Shown here: positions 25,885 to 38,930 of the stretch, one piece after another
How the letters are laid out: each line of letters begins with the position of its first letter
How positions within the stretch are numbered: position 1 is the first letter of the stretch
Assembly (NCBI GenBank): GCA_043228905.1
Contig: JBHGNT010000008.1
Location: 2,914,001-2,978,000, forward strand
From: Azolla caroliniana
Lineage: Eukaryota > Plantae > Polypodiophyta
Direction of reading: 5' to 3'
Length of the DNA stretch: 64,000 nt
Program-made: the position numbers and the translations under genes
Notes under the pieces: generated by a model
Database searches by the model: none
Seen by the model: the letters and a program-made list of their open reading frames with translations, nothing else
Told to the model about the DNA's origin: nothing

Positions 25885-26034
25885 GTGGTATAATACCTTA
25901 GCCACTCGTATATTTGGATCTCCACAAGCAACATCATCCTTCAAGTTTCCTCCAATGAGAAATATTAAAGTACTCTACCCTTTAAATTCTTAATATGTCT
26001 TTTGCACCCCAAATCATGCCTCAAATACAAACAC

Positions 26035-26072
<38 letters not shown>

Positions 26073-27502
26073 ATGCCAAACACCTCAAGTACTAAAAAAA
26101 CTATTCAAAAGTGCAATAAAGGGAAATCTAAGGCAGACTGTGAGAAGACCCATTGAAATGTGGGTTTTGGAACTCCAATATAGAAACCCACACTACAAAA
26201 GTATATGCCCAAATATATCTGGGCATTGAGCATGTAACAAAGTGATGCCTACTACGTTCATGGAAATTTGTAATCGGGCATTGCAAAGTTGGCATATCTT
26301 GTGTTTGAGACCATAGTAATCTATAACTTCAAGGAATACCAACTCTTGTTCTACTTGTTTGAAAAGCCACTACACCCCTTTGGGTACCAAGAATGCATCT
26401 TGTGCAATCAACAACCTAAGCTTTGTGATTAAGTACTTACCCTCTCATCACATTGTTCTTTAAGTACAAAGTATATCCATTTGCAAGGATTTTACATTCT
26501 TTCTCTCTAGTGGGGATGTTATAACTTATTACACATTCCAAAACATTGTAGTAAGGAGCCAACAAGTGGTTAACTATCATCAATCATGAACATTTCATTT
26601 TTCTATAACTATTTACTACATGCCACCATGACTTTTTTTATCATTGTTTTTCCAAAATCAATAATTGTTGGTTATTTCACACATATGTCCAATAATATAA
26701 TTTGATAAGCCTATAGAATAGTTAAGTACAACTATAAAATATAAATATTAACATGGTAGTTTGGGAATATAAACCTTTAGGATAAGAATATGAAAGTTAG
26801 AATGAGAAGTAAATATATTTGTGCCACGAGTTAGTTTTCAAGTAGGTGAGTTGTCGGTGTTCACTTCTTCTACCTCTTCCAAACAGAGTGAGGTTTTATG
26901 CAATATGGGTTGGGGGGTCACCTAATCTAGGGTTGAGATCTTGATTGAGGGTTGACGTTGTTTTCTTCTTTTATGTCTTTCATATTAGTAAGACAGTATA
27001 CTTGAATAGAATGGTATGATATAGATAGAGAAACATAATAGAGAAGATAATCTTAACATCCAATAGATACATCACACAATATAGTTTAAATTAATTGTCA
27101 AATACAATATCATTATGTTATCTCTCACTTGATTATCTTTACCTCTTCAATGTGAGGTCTTTACTTACTATTCTTAGTTCAGTGCATGCATGGCATGACA
27201 ATTGTAGACTTCTCTAGTATATGAACAATATCTATTTCATTATCATAAGGATTTAGTATATCTTAGTGGTGTAATCAAAGTCTTTAGCAAATCCTAACAT
27301 GTGCTTGTATGTTTTACTCAACATCTCATGGTGAGAGCTAAGCACTTGAACAATAAGGTGAAGAGGTGAAGGGTTTGAACCTTGTTAAGAGGGAATAGAT
27401 GGAGGAAATGTCATCTAACATTATACAAAATACAAGAATGAGATATGCAGTAAAAATGAAAGGAAGGATGTACATTTTATAAAAGTGGAGTGTTAAGGAT
27501 AA

Positions 27503-28030
27503 GTGCTAAGAAGTTTCTATTTTGGCAAATGCTTTGGTCCACGAAAAGGGGTCAATTGGGCCCCCCAAACGGGATGGATTCTAAACATGGATCTCAAACC
27601 TAGTTTCTCCTGCCAATTGGAAGATAGATTCAGTGCATCCATGTGGAAGGCATGGTGTGACATTAGACGAGGGCTCAAGTGCGATCATCCGAGGTCCGAA
27701 CCTGCCAGGCTCAGTCAACGTATCCTATGGAACCCATGTCTCAAGGATGAATCTCATCAACTACTTGGATCAAGTAAGGGATTGTCATGGGGATACATTG
27801 CAGAAGGTCCAGGAAAAAGTATAGAATGTTGGAGACGGTTTATGTCACTGCCACTACAAGATCAAGCCAACATACTCCATGGAATCAGGGGGGGATGGAC
27901 TATGAGATCGGAAATCATTAACGCTCTACTGATTAGGGAAGCTGTTATTCAAAGGACAATAATGGAGAAATGGATAGGCTACGAGGAGGAGGGATCTTTG
28001 ATCCCGAGAGAGGTAGGGGAACACTAGACA
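27503..28030 (+). mobile_element. L1-like LINE ORF2 internal fragment
   Basis: SMWKAW...QRILWNPCLKDESHQLLG...LSWGYIAEGPG is homologous to the 11.4 kb fragment (LAWGKLDNRP). Confidence 0.6.
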
Positions 28031-28099
28031 GGATCGAAGGCTCTAAATTGCGAGACACTGAGACAGAATAACGCAATTCGAGTAATCGCGTATACTGGT

Positions 28100-31050
28100 C
28101 TCCTCCAATCTGTTGCCGGTCGGGTCCTCGTTCGGCGCCTTAGCCTCGTCGGCTCCGTCGTCATCCTCCACCTACGGGTCCAGTTTTGCCTTGTGCTACT
28201 TCTTGAAGGCCTTTATTTGTTTGCTCACGTCCGGCACTCCTATTGTCGTTTTGCGAGCTCTACAAGGTGGTAGGTCGGATTGTCGTTGGCACTTGCCACC
28301 ACATACGGTCTGAACCACCATGTCACGAATTTCCGTGTCAACATGTGTTGGTTATCCAGGCTGCTATCGTAGACCAACACCCAATCACCTTCTTCAATTT
28401 TCCTCGGTCGCAGTCGGTGTGTTTGATTGAACCGCCCCTTGTTCTTCGTCCACTCCTTCGCTCATTCCACATCTTCCGGTCTCTGCTCAAGTTGCCGAAT
28501 CCCCACAACCATCAACTCCTCCCAATTCATCTCGTCCGACCAGTTGACTGTCATCCATGAGGTTATCGTCCATTCCACCACATGATCGGCTTCTATTTGA
28601 ACATAAGTTCTCCTGGCATGTACCCAGTTACTGAATCAACCCATAGCGCATAAGGGAGAAGTCGCGGCCAATTCCCGATCCGTCCGTCGCACACTCTCAT
28701 AATTGCCTTCACGATTGGCCCATGTCCGCATTCGACCTTTCTGTTTGCGTCCGGATTGTATGTCATTGTGAGGGAAAGCTTGACCCCTAATCGGTTGAAT
28801 AGCTCCTCGACTTCTTGCATGTCCAACTCTCCTCGGTCGGCCACCCCTATGCACTTGTACCAACAAATCACATCCTCAATTAAGAACCGACACACCGGTG
28901 CATTCGTCTCTTGCGAGCACCAGGTACTGCATTTGCCCCACTCCCATCGGCATCATAACTAAATCGACCATCCACTTGAAGTGTATGGTTGGTGGGTAAG
29001 TTGGTGAAGCTCGTCACGGTGCCAGATTGTCGAATGCACTTCACAACTCTCACACATCGACATGAAATGGTGCACATCCTTGTACATCCCGGCCACCAGT
29101 ACCTTTCTTTCAGCTTCTTGAACGTGGCCCACATCCCCCAATGTCTGAACCAGGGACTCTCATGAAATTCCGTCAGTAACACTGACTGTTCCTCTATCTT
29201 CGTCACCACCCGGAGTGGTGTACCATTCCGTTTCTTCGGGTGTCACCATATTATCTCATCCCTTAGGAAAAACTGGTATGCTTTCTTCCTGATCCGGCTC
29301 GCCTCTTCCTTTGTCCATGTTGCATCCACCATCATTGTGCTCAAGAACCTCCTGACGAGCAGCCAGTCCCCTTCATAGTTGTCCTCGTCGAACTCGTGCA
29401 AGGTCGGAGTGCTTCGGCCGTTTGCCAACAACTAGGGCCGACTGGAAGAAGTCCATGACGACTTCTTCATCCTCCGATACTATGTCGTCCTCGTTGTTGT
29501 ATCGTGCTCTTGGTAGCATGTCATCCATGTCATTGTCCTTTCCGTAGATGTGCCATATCTCCGGATTAAGGGACTTTATGTACATGATCCACCTGAGCAT
29601 CGCCAGGTCGGGAGTCGCGCATCTGGAAACCATTCCGAGAATTGGGAGGCATTCCGTTTCGATAATTACCTCTGTCCCGATCAAATAGTCCTTATCAGCC
29701 TTCACCGCCGAAATGATACCCCATAGTTCTCGCTTGACTTGGGTATCCTTGTTGTCACTCACTCAAAACTTTCATGGCAAATCAAATGGCGAACCACGTG
29801 CCGCCTTCGTCCTCTTGGTTGATTACCCATCTGATTCCGATCATAATCGTGTCAACCATCACGTATACCGGAGCTCCCTTCCCGTAGATTGCCTTCCGGA
29901 GAGCCAGTGCCACAGTCAGCATCCCCTTTAGTCTTCACATAGCCTTTGAGCGCTCTTCTCCCAATTCAAACGCTCGTCCCTTCTTCAGCATGTCGTAGAG
30001 CGGCTCTGCGATATATGCATAATGAGGGATCTGGATGTGGTAGAAGACGCATGCACCTAAGAATCGCCGAAACTCCGTGGTCGACCTACATACTTCTTTC
30101 ATCGCCGAAATGGCCTCTACATTGGTTTCCAGCCGTAGGGTCGGCATAGGTGACCGACCACCAGGATCTCTGATTGTTTGAACGTTGTCTTGTCTCCCAA
30201 GAAGTTAAGACCCGCACCTTCGAGCCTTTGTAGTATCTTTTCGTAATCAGAGATGTGGTCTGACACAAAATTCCGGCACCCATCCTCTTCGACCTACTCG
30301 CCCTTCACATCCTCTGGACACCCCTTTATCAGGATGTCATCCAAGAATGGCATTGTGATGTCTGGGATGCAATCCCTTAGAACCTTGTTCATTGCATTCA
30401 TGATGTGGGCCACCAAGTTCGCCCCTCCTTGCAGTAGGGTACACATCCGAACTAAGCTGAGAGGGGTCCGCATCATCTTGATGTCCCTGCTTTCGGTTGG
30501 AACTGGTCATACCCTGAGTATCAGTCGTCGACTGAGTAGATAGAACTTCCAGGGATGGCCTACGTGAACTCCTCAATTGTTGGTCCGACTCCTGCCTTCT
30601 GAATTGTCACTTTGTTGACAAGTTGCAAGTCTTGGATAAAGCGTAGTGTGTTCTTCTTCTTCGGCATTGTAAACCATTGATTTGAATAGGGGGCACTTGA
30701 CGGTTCGAGGATCCCCATGTCAAGCTTCTCCCTAAGCAGCTCCATCAAATTTAGGATGTGAGCTCTTGGTACTGGAATCGGTTTCAGGTTTCAGGTTCCA
30801 CGGTACATGCGGTACCGTGAATATCACCATTGGTTCGACGATGGTCGGGTCGACGCACCCGATCTCCTCCGTCGAGAATACAAAGGCTTTCCTATGCCTT
30901 TTGAGCATCCTCCGAAACTAGTCCTCCTCCATGGGCAGCCCTCCTTTCAAGCTTCTCCTTAAGCAGCAGCTCCATCAAATTCAGGATGTGAGCTCTCGGT
31001 ACTGGAATCGGTTTCAGGTTCCACGGTACATGTGGTACCGTGAATATCAC
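28100..31050 (-). mobile_element. Degenerate Ty3/Gypsy pol (RT, RNase H, integrase); continues after the Copia insertion
   Basis: MGILEPSSAPYSNQWF..KK..LRFIQDLQ; LLQGGAN...PFLDDI (RT); KRELWGII...ETECLP (RNase H); EFHESPW..HWGMWATF...CESC and YNPDANRKVE (integrase). Order is RT-RH-INT, with many frameshifts. Confidence 0.9.
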
Positions 31051-31471
31051 TGTTGAGCGGCAAGCTCAACTAGATCCGGATTGGCTGAATAAGCCTGAGC
31101 CGGTGAGTGAGACAGATCGGTGAGCCGGGTAGTTGGGTCAGAGCGGTAACTGGAAGCTTAGTAGTAGCCTAGACTACTAGGTAATCATTGTCTCGTAGTT
31201 AGTATCAGATGCTCATGTGAGCATTGAAGTACATTGTACTTCTGTCAGTCCTTCTAAGGACTTGTATAAATAGTGTTGTTTAGCACGTTGTATGTATAGA
31301 GAGTCACACAGAATTTTAGTGTGTTATTTTTTAATTGAGTTTATGTTATGCTCTCTCTGTCTCTCCCACATGTATTCTCTGTGTTAAGCTCTCCATTAAA
31401 CCTTCTCTCATTTTCTGTTGCTATTCGGCTGAGCCAGTTCTGTCTAATGCTTCCGCATGTTTACATTCACA
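31051..31471 (+). repeat. 5' LTR of the Copia element (421 bp)
   Basis: TG...CA ends, internal TATAAATA, followed directly by the tRNA-iMet PBS at 31472. Confidence 0.88.
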
Positions 31472-32327
31472 TGGTATCAGAGTGCGAGGGTTGAGAACCT
31501 CTACAACCAACACTTGCTTTCGTAGACGAACCCTAGAACTCGGTAACAACAGATAGAGAGAAGATATGGATAGAGGAATGGCGAGTTCACTTCCAACAGA
31601 GAAGCTCGACCGGAGCAACTACGCATCCTGGTCATATAAAATGCACCAGTACCTGCTGGGGCATGGATATTGGAGTTTTGTGGAAGGAACAAATGAAGTA
31701 GCACCGGAGCCATCACACAAGGACTTCTCGGTATGGGAGCAAGGAGCGAGCCGAGTATTGTACTGCCTCGCGTCCTGTGTGCATGATTAGATGCTCAACT
31801 ACATCAAGGATGCAAAGACGCCGAACGAGGCATGGGAAAATCTACGGAAGATTTTCGCTGCGAGTACCACAACCCGTAAGTTGCAGCTCCGGCAAGAGCT
31901 AAACAACATCCGGCAAAGAGACATGTCAGTTACGGATTACACCACCAAGATAAAGGTGATTTGCGATGCACTCAGGTCCATCAACGTGACGGTGGACGAA
32001 GAAGAGATGGTACAAATCTACCTCGATGGTCTAGCGCAAAGGTACGAGCCAATCTGGACAGCGATCTGCATGCAGGAGAAGCCACCGTCCTTCTTCGACT
32101 TACAATGAATATTGATGGTCGAAGAAAACCACGCGAGTGGGTCGAGGATCACTCAATTGGACGACCGGATGTTGTACATGGACACAGATCGGCCCCATGG
32201 ACGTGGTGGACGAGGTGGGTTGGCACGCAATGGAGGCGATCGGCAAGAGCAGGACCGAAGGCACAGAGGTAGTGTCGATAGCAGTTCTGGACCCTCCACA
32301 AGCAGGGGAAGTCAAAATGGCGCCGGG

Positions 32328-32785
32328 TGTTGTCCAGAGGACAGAAATGTAAAATTAGGAAATTAGCAAACGCCGAGTCCGAGTATCACGGGCCACCGAT
32401 GGCTCGGCTGTGTATTAGGGGAAACGTTATTTAAACGAGGACCAATACTTCAGAGCGAGGGAGAAGAAAAATATAGGCGGAAGCACTAGCTGAGTCCCTC
32501 GTAACTAGATAATCTTGTAAGGTCACCGGCCGTAGGCCGTGTTCTGTAATCCTTTTTCTGTCACAGTAATATATCCGATTTGTGCTCAGTTTGCTCCATG
32601 TGTCTGTGCTTTGATTCATACCTATGATTTCAACGCCGCCCACGCCTATCAAGATCTCGCTAGTGTTTTATCTCTGAGCATTGTCTCTCTCACGACGCCT
32701 CTGTTACGAGCCTTCACGTACCACGCCCTTGAATACCGATAGCCGCAGATCTATCAAAGGTGTTCACCCAAAGGAACAGGTAACA
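32328..32785. mobile_element. Solo LTR (458 bp) inserted in Copia gag
   Basis: Ends TGTT...AACA; 5-bp TSD CCGGG at 32323-32327 and 32786-32790; removal joins gag GSQNGAG to NRQGKADTECWYC. Confidence 0.85.
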
Positions 32786-35700
32786 CCGGGAACCGGCAAG
32801 GAAAAGCCGACACGGAATGTTGGTACTGTGGCAAAAAGGGCCACAGGGAAAGCGAGTGTTGGAAGAAGCGCGCCGATACGGACAAATCCGGATCCGGCAA
32901 AACCGATCGGGAGAACCGACAAAGCTCGCACTACACGGAAGGATCGGAAGGATCCGGAACCGAGAAAACCGGTAAAGGGCCAGCCTTCGTGATGAAGCAC
33001 AAGGCTAACTCGATGAAGAAGACTACCTCCAAATAAGAGGAAGTCTGGTATGTTGATTCCGGAGCGTCCAACCACATGACGAGCCATAAAGAGTGGTTCT
33101 CCTTTTTGGAGAAACCGGAACAATCGGGGATTGTCAAAACCGGAGACGACACCCCTCACCCAATTGTGCATGTCGAAGAAGTCCCTTTAAGCCATGTCGG
33201 GCAAAAAGGGAAGTTGATGAATGTATTACACGTTCCAACTATCACAAAGAACCTGGTGTCGGTTGGACAAATCGTCGACCAGGGGATGCAGGTGCGGTTT
33301 ACGCACCTCGGGTGCTTCATCGAGGAAGAAGGCCGGATAATCGCGCAGGGGCGCAGAGAAGGGAGGATGTTCATCCTCAACACCAATGACGTTGGCACTG
33401 CCATGTTTGCCAAAGGGTAGAAGGTCGAGTCAGACATCGACCTGTGGCACAAGCAAATCAGCCACGTCAACTACCAGAGGCTTCAAGACCTGCAATCGAA
33501 ACAAGTTGTTTTCGGTTTGCCGAAGTTTAGCTTTCGGAAGGCTGAAATTTGTGAAGCCTACCAACTCGGAAAGCAACACCGACTTCCATTCCCCACTGAA
33601 CAAAACCGGAGCCATAACAAGCTCGACCTAATCCATTCAGATGTATGGGGACCGACACAAAACGTTAGTCTTGGCGGGAGTCAATATTTCGTCTCCTTCA
33701 TTGACGATTGCAGCCAACAGACATGGATCTACCTCATCGAGAGGAAGAGCGAAGTCTTCGAGTGTTTCCAGAACCTTCAAAGCTTGGTTGAACGGGAAAC
33801 AGAGAGGAAGATCAAGTGCTTGCGGTCGGATGGCGGAAAAGAATACTTTTCTGGCCAATTCAACAGTTATTTGTAGCAGAACGGAATTCGGAGAGAATTC
33901 AGTTGTAGATACACACCAGAGCAAAACGGTGTGGCCGAAAGGAAGAACTGGTCGATTGTCGACGCGGCAAGGGCAATGCTAGAGGAGAAGAGCATGCCCC
34001 AATTCTACTAGGCTGAGGCGGTCCGGACGACCGTGTACATCCAAAACCGGATCGGAGACAAGGTGTCAGCACATGAGTTGTATTTCGGGCACAAGTCGAA
34101 TTTGAGACACCTTCAAATATTCGGCAGCATAGCATATGTGCATGTACCGGATGAGAAGTGGAGGAAGTTGGATCCGAAGTCGGAGAAGCGCATCCTAGTC
34201 GGTTACTTGCATGAGCAAAAGGGGTATAAGTGTTATAACCCCTAGACTAAGCAGGTCCGAGTAAGCCAAGATGTCGAGTTTGATGAGACGGCATCATGGT
34301 ACTCCTTACCGACTCCAACTCAAGACAAAGACCCGATTCCGGAAGATGAGGCTAGTGAGCCTGAGTGGGTCCAAGTAGAAGATGAAGATTTCGACACTCT
34401 AGAAGAGAGTCCGATCTCATTCTGGTTGAGTGAACCGAATGAGCGGTTGAGTTGGGATGACCAGTCGGATGAGGAACCAGCGAGTAGTGGAGACTCTGTT
34501 GTGCTCTCCCCGTGCAAGGAACCGAGGAGATGGTTCACACGCAAAGAGAAAGGGAAATAGAAACTGTCGGAATTCGAAACCGGCGACGTTGAGTCGAATC
34601 TTCGGGAAAGGATGAAGGCGGATCTTCGGGAATGAAGTCCGAACTGGCCAAGAAGGGCCTCAAAACGGGTAACGACAAGTTACGCCGGTCATCCCGCCAA
34701 AAGAACCTCGTTACGCGGTACGGGTACAATGAGTACATGGCGCATCACTATGCGTACATGACTAAAGTGGTAGAAGTGCGTGAGCGGAAGAGCTACGCAA
34801 AAGTAGCAAGACTTGGCGTGCCGCTATGGAGGAAGAAATGCGGGCACTTGATGCCAACGACACATGGGACCTCGTTGACCCTCCCCGACACTGTAAACCG
34901 ATCGGTTGCAAATGGGTGTACAAGGTAAAGTACAATGCCGATGGTTCGGTTAACCAGTACAAGGCTCGGTTTGTGACGAAGGGATACACACAGACCCACG
35001 GAATCGACTACGACGAGACCTTTGCTCCTGTAGTGAAGATGACGATGGTTCGTGTGGTACTGGCGATCGTTGCGGCAAGGGGGTGACATCTTCACCAGAT
35101 GGACGTGAAAAATGCTTTTCTTCAAGGTGACCTTGAAGAACGGGTCTATATGATCCAACCTCCCGGATTTCAATCGGAGATGAACTAGTCGGCGGTATGT
35201 TGGCTTAAGAAGTCGCTTTACAGTTTGAAACAAGCCCCCGAGCTTGGAATGCGAAGATCACGCACTAGTTGCGTAAGATGGGGTTTGTGACATCTAAATC
35301 CGACTCCTCATTGTTCATCCGGCAAGGTCCGGACGGTCCAGTTTGCATCCTACTTTATGTTGATGATTTAGTCATCACCGAACCCAGACTCAATGAAATC
35401 GGCCGAGTCAAGTCCCAGTTGTCGGACACATTTGAAATGAAGGACCTGGGGGACCTTCATTATTTCCTTGGGATCGAGGTGATCTGAACCCCCGATGGCA
35501 TATTGCTCTCACAACGACACTATGTGTTGAATATGTTGTACAAGTTCGGCATGATGGAATGCTGACCTGTCTCCACACCCCTGGACCGGAACCAGAAGCT
35601 TTGTCCCAACTCCGGACCAGCTTGCGATGAGAAATTGTTCCGACAAATTGTCAAAAGCCTGATATACTTGAAAATCACCCAACTCGACATCAATTATCCG

Positions 35701-36067
35701 GTCGGTGTGATCAGCCAGTTCATGCAGTTCAAATAGTCCGGTATGTTAGTGGCACAAAGGACCGGGGATTGTTATACCGACATGGTATAGTTGAAGAGCG
35801 AATCGGATACACATATGCCGACAGGGCTCGTGATGCATCGGATCGCTGATCCACCTCTGGTTACATGTTTTCTCTAGGTAGCGTGGCTGTTGCATGGAGC
35901 AGCAAAAAGCAGCCAACAATGGCTATGTCAAGTACTGAGGCTGAATACCAGGGCGCTACCAATGCCACCTGTGAAGCCATCTGGCTTTGGCGACTGCTGC
36001 AAGACCTGCGGATTGAGGTACCGACCCCGATCCTGACCTATCGTGACAACATGAGCTTACATTCACA

Positions 36068-36720
36068 ATCACCATTGGTTCGACGATGGTCGGATCGACG
36101 CACCCGATGTCCTCTGGCGAGAATGCAAAGGCTTTCCCATGCCTTTAGAGCATCCTCCAAAACCAGTCCTCCGCGGGCAGTAGGAAGCCACCCTCACTGA
36201 TCTTCAACTTCCGTAGCGTTTCGTCGGTGAATCAGTGCCCTATGTCAGCAAAATGGGGGTTAGTCATGATCCCCTTCATCCTCTCCCAACTGTCCTCTAG
36301 TAAGGGTGTTGCTACTGGCCTTACCTTTCAGTCCACAGTCTTGTACTTAGTGTCAACTTGGGCTATCCAACCCGACTCGACCAATCTCTTGAACTCCGCT
36401 ATAACATCGTATATCTTGACCAAATTGACCGGAATCATCCAGTCTTCACCCAGGCCTCCCGTGACCACCCTCTCGATTTCCCCAAGGGTGTTGTCGAATG
36501 AAACCACCTCCACGATGCCACTGATCGAGTCGTCGGGGTTGATGGCTCCACAAGCCCTCAAGCGTCCCTCGACTTGTCTTTTCTTTCGGCCATTGATGTC
36601 AATTACTATACAACCGCCACTGTCAGAGAACCAAACTTTCCTACCTATAGTACAAGTGTGGAAATTCTTCCTGTTTGCCAAGAACTGCACGCTCCCTATG
36701 TGCAACGCTCGGCCACAACC
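36068..36720 (-). mobile_element. Upstream part of the Gypsy pol (region before RT), split off by the Copia insertion
   Basis: Resumes with cattggttcgacgatggtcgg as at 30828; encodes ...VDTKYKTVD*KVRPVATPL. Confidence 0.8.
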
Positions 36721-36724
36721 GAGC

Positions 36725-37205
36725 TTAGAATCATACACAGAAAACGGGAAACGAAAAGACACACGACACAAAGGAGAGAAGAGTACACAGGATGTTTAAC
36801 GTGGAAAACCCTGAGAGGGAAAAACCACGGGAGTCCACAGACTCCAAACTATCACTATATCACAATGATTACAACAGTGAGCTCACAGAGGCAACGACCT
36901 CGCGCTCACGACCTTCGCCACAGACGGCGGTTACAACAGAGGCAACGACCTCTTCCTCTCTCTCACTCTTTGTACACTGTTACGAGCTCTCTCTTCTTGC
37001 ACCAACAAGAATGACAACAACACTATCAAAAGTTTGCCCTAAGTCATATTTATACTAATATGACTTTTCGGCTATTTACAAATATAGCCACGATGGACTC
37101 TCAGAAACATAGTTATGAAAATGTCTCTTCATCCGCAGAGCACTCCTCATCGGGCTTGCATCATCCGGATCTTGCCGGGCACTCGTCATCCGGTTCTCAC
37201 CGGGT
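36725..37205 (-). mobile_element. Probable LTR fragment of another family (reverse orientation)
   Basis: tttaacgtggaaaaccc...gggaaaaaccacggg motif typical of reversed plant Copia LTR U5 regions, plus tatttata (reverse TATA). Termini not resolved. Confidence 0.5.
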
Positions 37206-37210
37206 CTGCA

Positions 37211-37588
37211 CCATTTAGGGAAAAGTTGAAACCAAACCGAACCATTTAATAAAAAATTTAAACCTAACCACTTAAATCAAACTAATTAAACATCGAAATA
37301 ACCAAAAATACATTATATTAAATAAGCATTTAAGTTAAATTTATTAAATCAATAAAAACCCATCAATTAAACCATTAAATCAATAAACTATTAAGGTAAA
37401 CAAAAAGTTAACCAAAAACCTATAAACCTTTAAACCAAACCTATAAACCCAAGTTTTAGAACTGAAACCGAACCGTTTATCGAAAATCCAAACCAAACCC
37501 AACCATTAATTTTTTTTGGAACCAATAAACAGTTAAACCATGGCTTAATGGTTCAGTTCAGTTTGAGCCGAAACTATGCCCATTGCTA
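37211..37588. mobile_element. hAT-type non-autonomous element, one-ended copy
   Basis: Closely similar to 63054-63394; ends ...tgcccattgcta, related to the TIR of the 7.85 kb MITE; aaaccg repeats. Confidence 0.75.
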
Positions 37589-38364
37589 CTTATTAATACT
37601 ATACTTATTTACATTCTTTTTATACAAAGACTGAATCCATGTGCATTCTTGCACACCCTCGTTCACACGCATCCGGTGAGATTTTCTCCTTGTAGCCAAA
37701 ATTCCCCACAACAATGAGTGTAGGGTTAAATACAGTTAGGGGTGATCACAACAATTTTTAACAAAATGAACACCTAGGGGTTTTACAAGAAGGTAACAAA
37801 AATGATATAATTTGTCGAGCTTTAGTGAGGATCCAAGTTTCTCAGTCACCAACGAGGCCTCGCCTATGAACAACATCTAGTTTCCTTTTGTTTTCATAGT
37901 GTCCTTGCTTGCCATAGAAGCCAACACCACCTCCTTCCCTCTTCTCCACCACCTCTCCAAATGAGACGAACCTTCGAAGACTCTCACACCAACACTAATA
38001 GAAACAAAAAATGATGGCGAAGAAGTGGTCTAATAGCACTTTCACACCCACCATTCCCCCTAAACCCTAAACTCTCAAGTAACATTAAGAAGAAGGAGAT
38101 GAAGAAGGGGAAAATATGTAAAAGAGTAACCCCCTTTATGGGCTAATCGAGACTCAACTCTACACCTCTTCATGAATATACAATTTGTAGCCTTAACACT
38201 AGGCTATATACTTTTCGTTATATTTGTTTTTACATATTAGATTTCTATTAACATCATCCTTTCCCCATTTCTACCTTTGGACCCATCACCCACAACAACG
38301 ATGTTGTGTGGCTTTGTTGAGAGAGAGAGAGAGCTCAAATGGTTTGAAACCACACTTGCCCCCT

Positions 38365-38930
38365 AGAATCCATGAGTGCCCATTCGTTGCACGAACATCG
38401 GTTCATTACACAAGTGCCCCTTTGATTCCATGAGAGCCCCTTAGAATCTAGGAGCACTCATTCATTTCATGAGCACCAAAGCATGAGTGCCCATTCATTA
38501 CACAAGCACCCATTGAATCCTCGTGCCTCCCCTTTGATTCCACGAGAGCCCCTAGAAATCCAAGAGCATCCAATCATTCCACAAGCACTAGAACATTCCA
38601 TTAAGGGAATCCACGAAGGCATTACACGAGGGGGGGTGTATTCCATGAAGGAATTGCATGAGGCCAATGCATGAAGGGGGATTGGACCAAGGCAACCCAT
38701 GAACAGTTTACATGAGCCCATTCCATGAAAGGACTCCATGAAGGGATTGCAAGTACATTCCACTTGAGAAATCTACAAAGGGATTTTGTAAAAGTCAATC
38801 CATTAAGGGATTGCACGAAAGAAAATTCACGAAGGGATCGCACAAAAGCCAATCCACGAAGGGATTGCACAGAGTTTATTCCATGAGAGCAATCGACAAA
38901 GGGATTGCATGAAAGAGAATCCAGGAAAAG
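38365..38930. repeat. Degenerate short-period repeats (attccatgaagggattgca-like), probably a transposon internal region
   Basis: Recurrent ccatgaagg(g)attgca and gagtgcccattc...gagagccc motifs. Confidence 0.55.

Larger units (their letters stand above)
31051..36067 (+). mobile_element. Ty1/Copia LTR retrotransposon (pseudogenised) inserted in the Gypsy element
   Basis: 5' LTR TGTTG...TTCACA at 31051-31471; PBS tggtatcagag; gag from 31566; CWYCGKKGHRESEC knuckle; WYVDSGASNHM protease; integrase (LIHSDVWGP, LRSDGGKEY); RT (IGCKWVYK, LYVDDL); RNase H (SSTEAEY); TSD ATCAC at 31046-31050 and 36068-36072; many stops. Confidence 0.95.

Noticed and set aside
36227-37058. 146-190 aa plus-strand ORFs as novel genes
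   Set aside because: They are antisense to the Gypsy pol and run into an LTR-like fragment.
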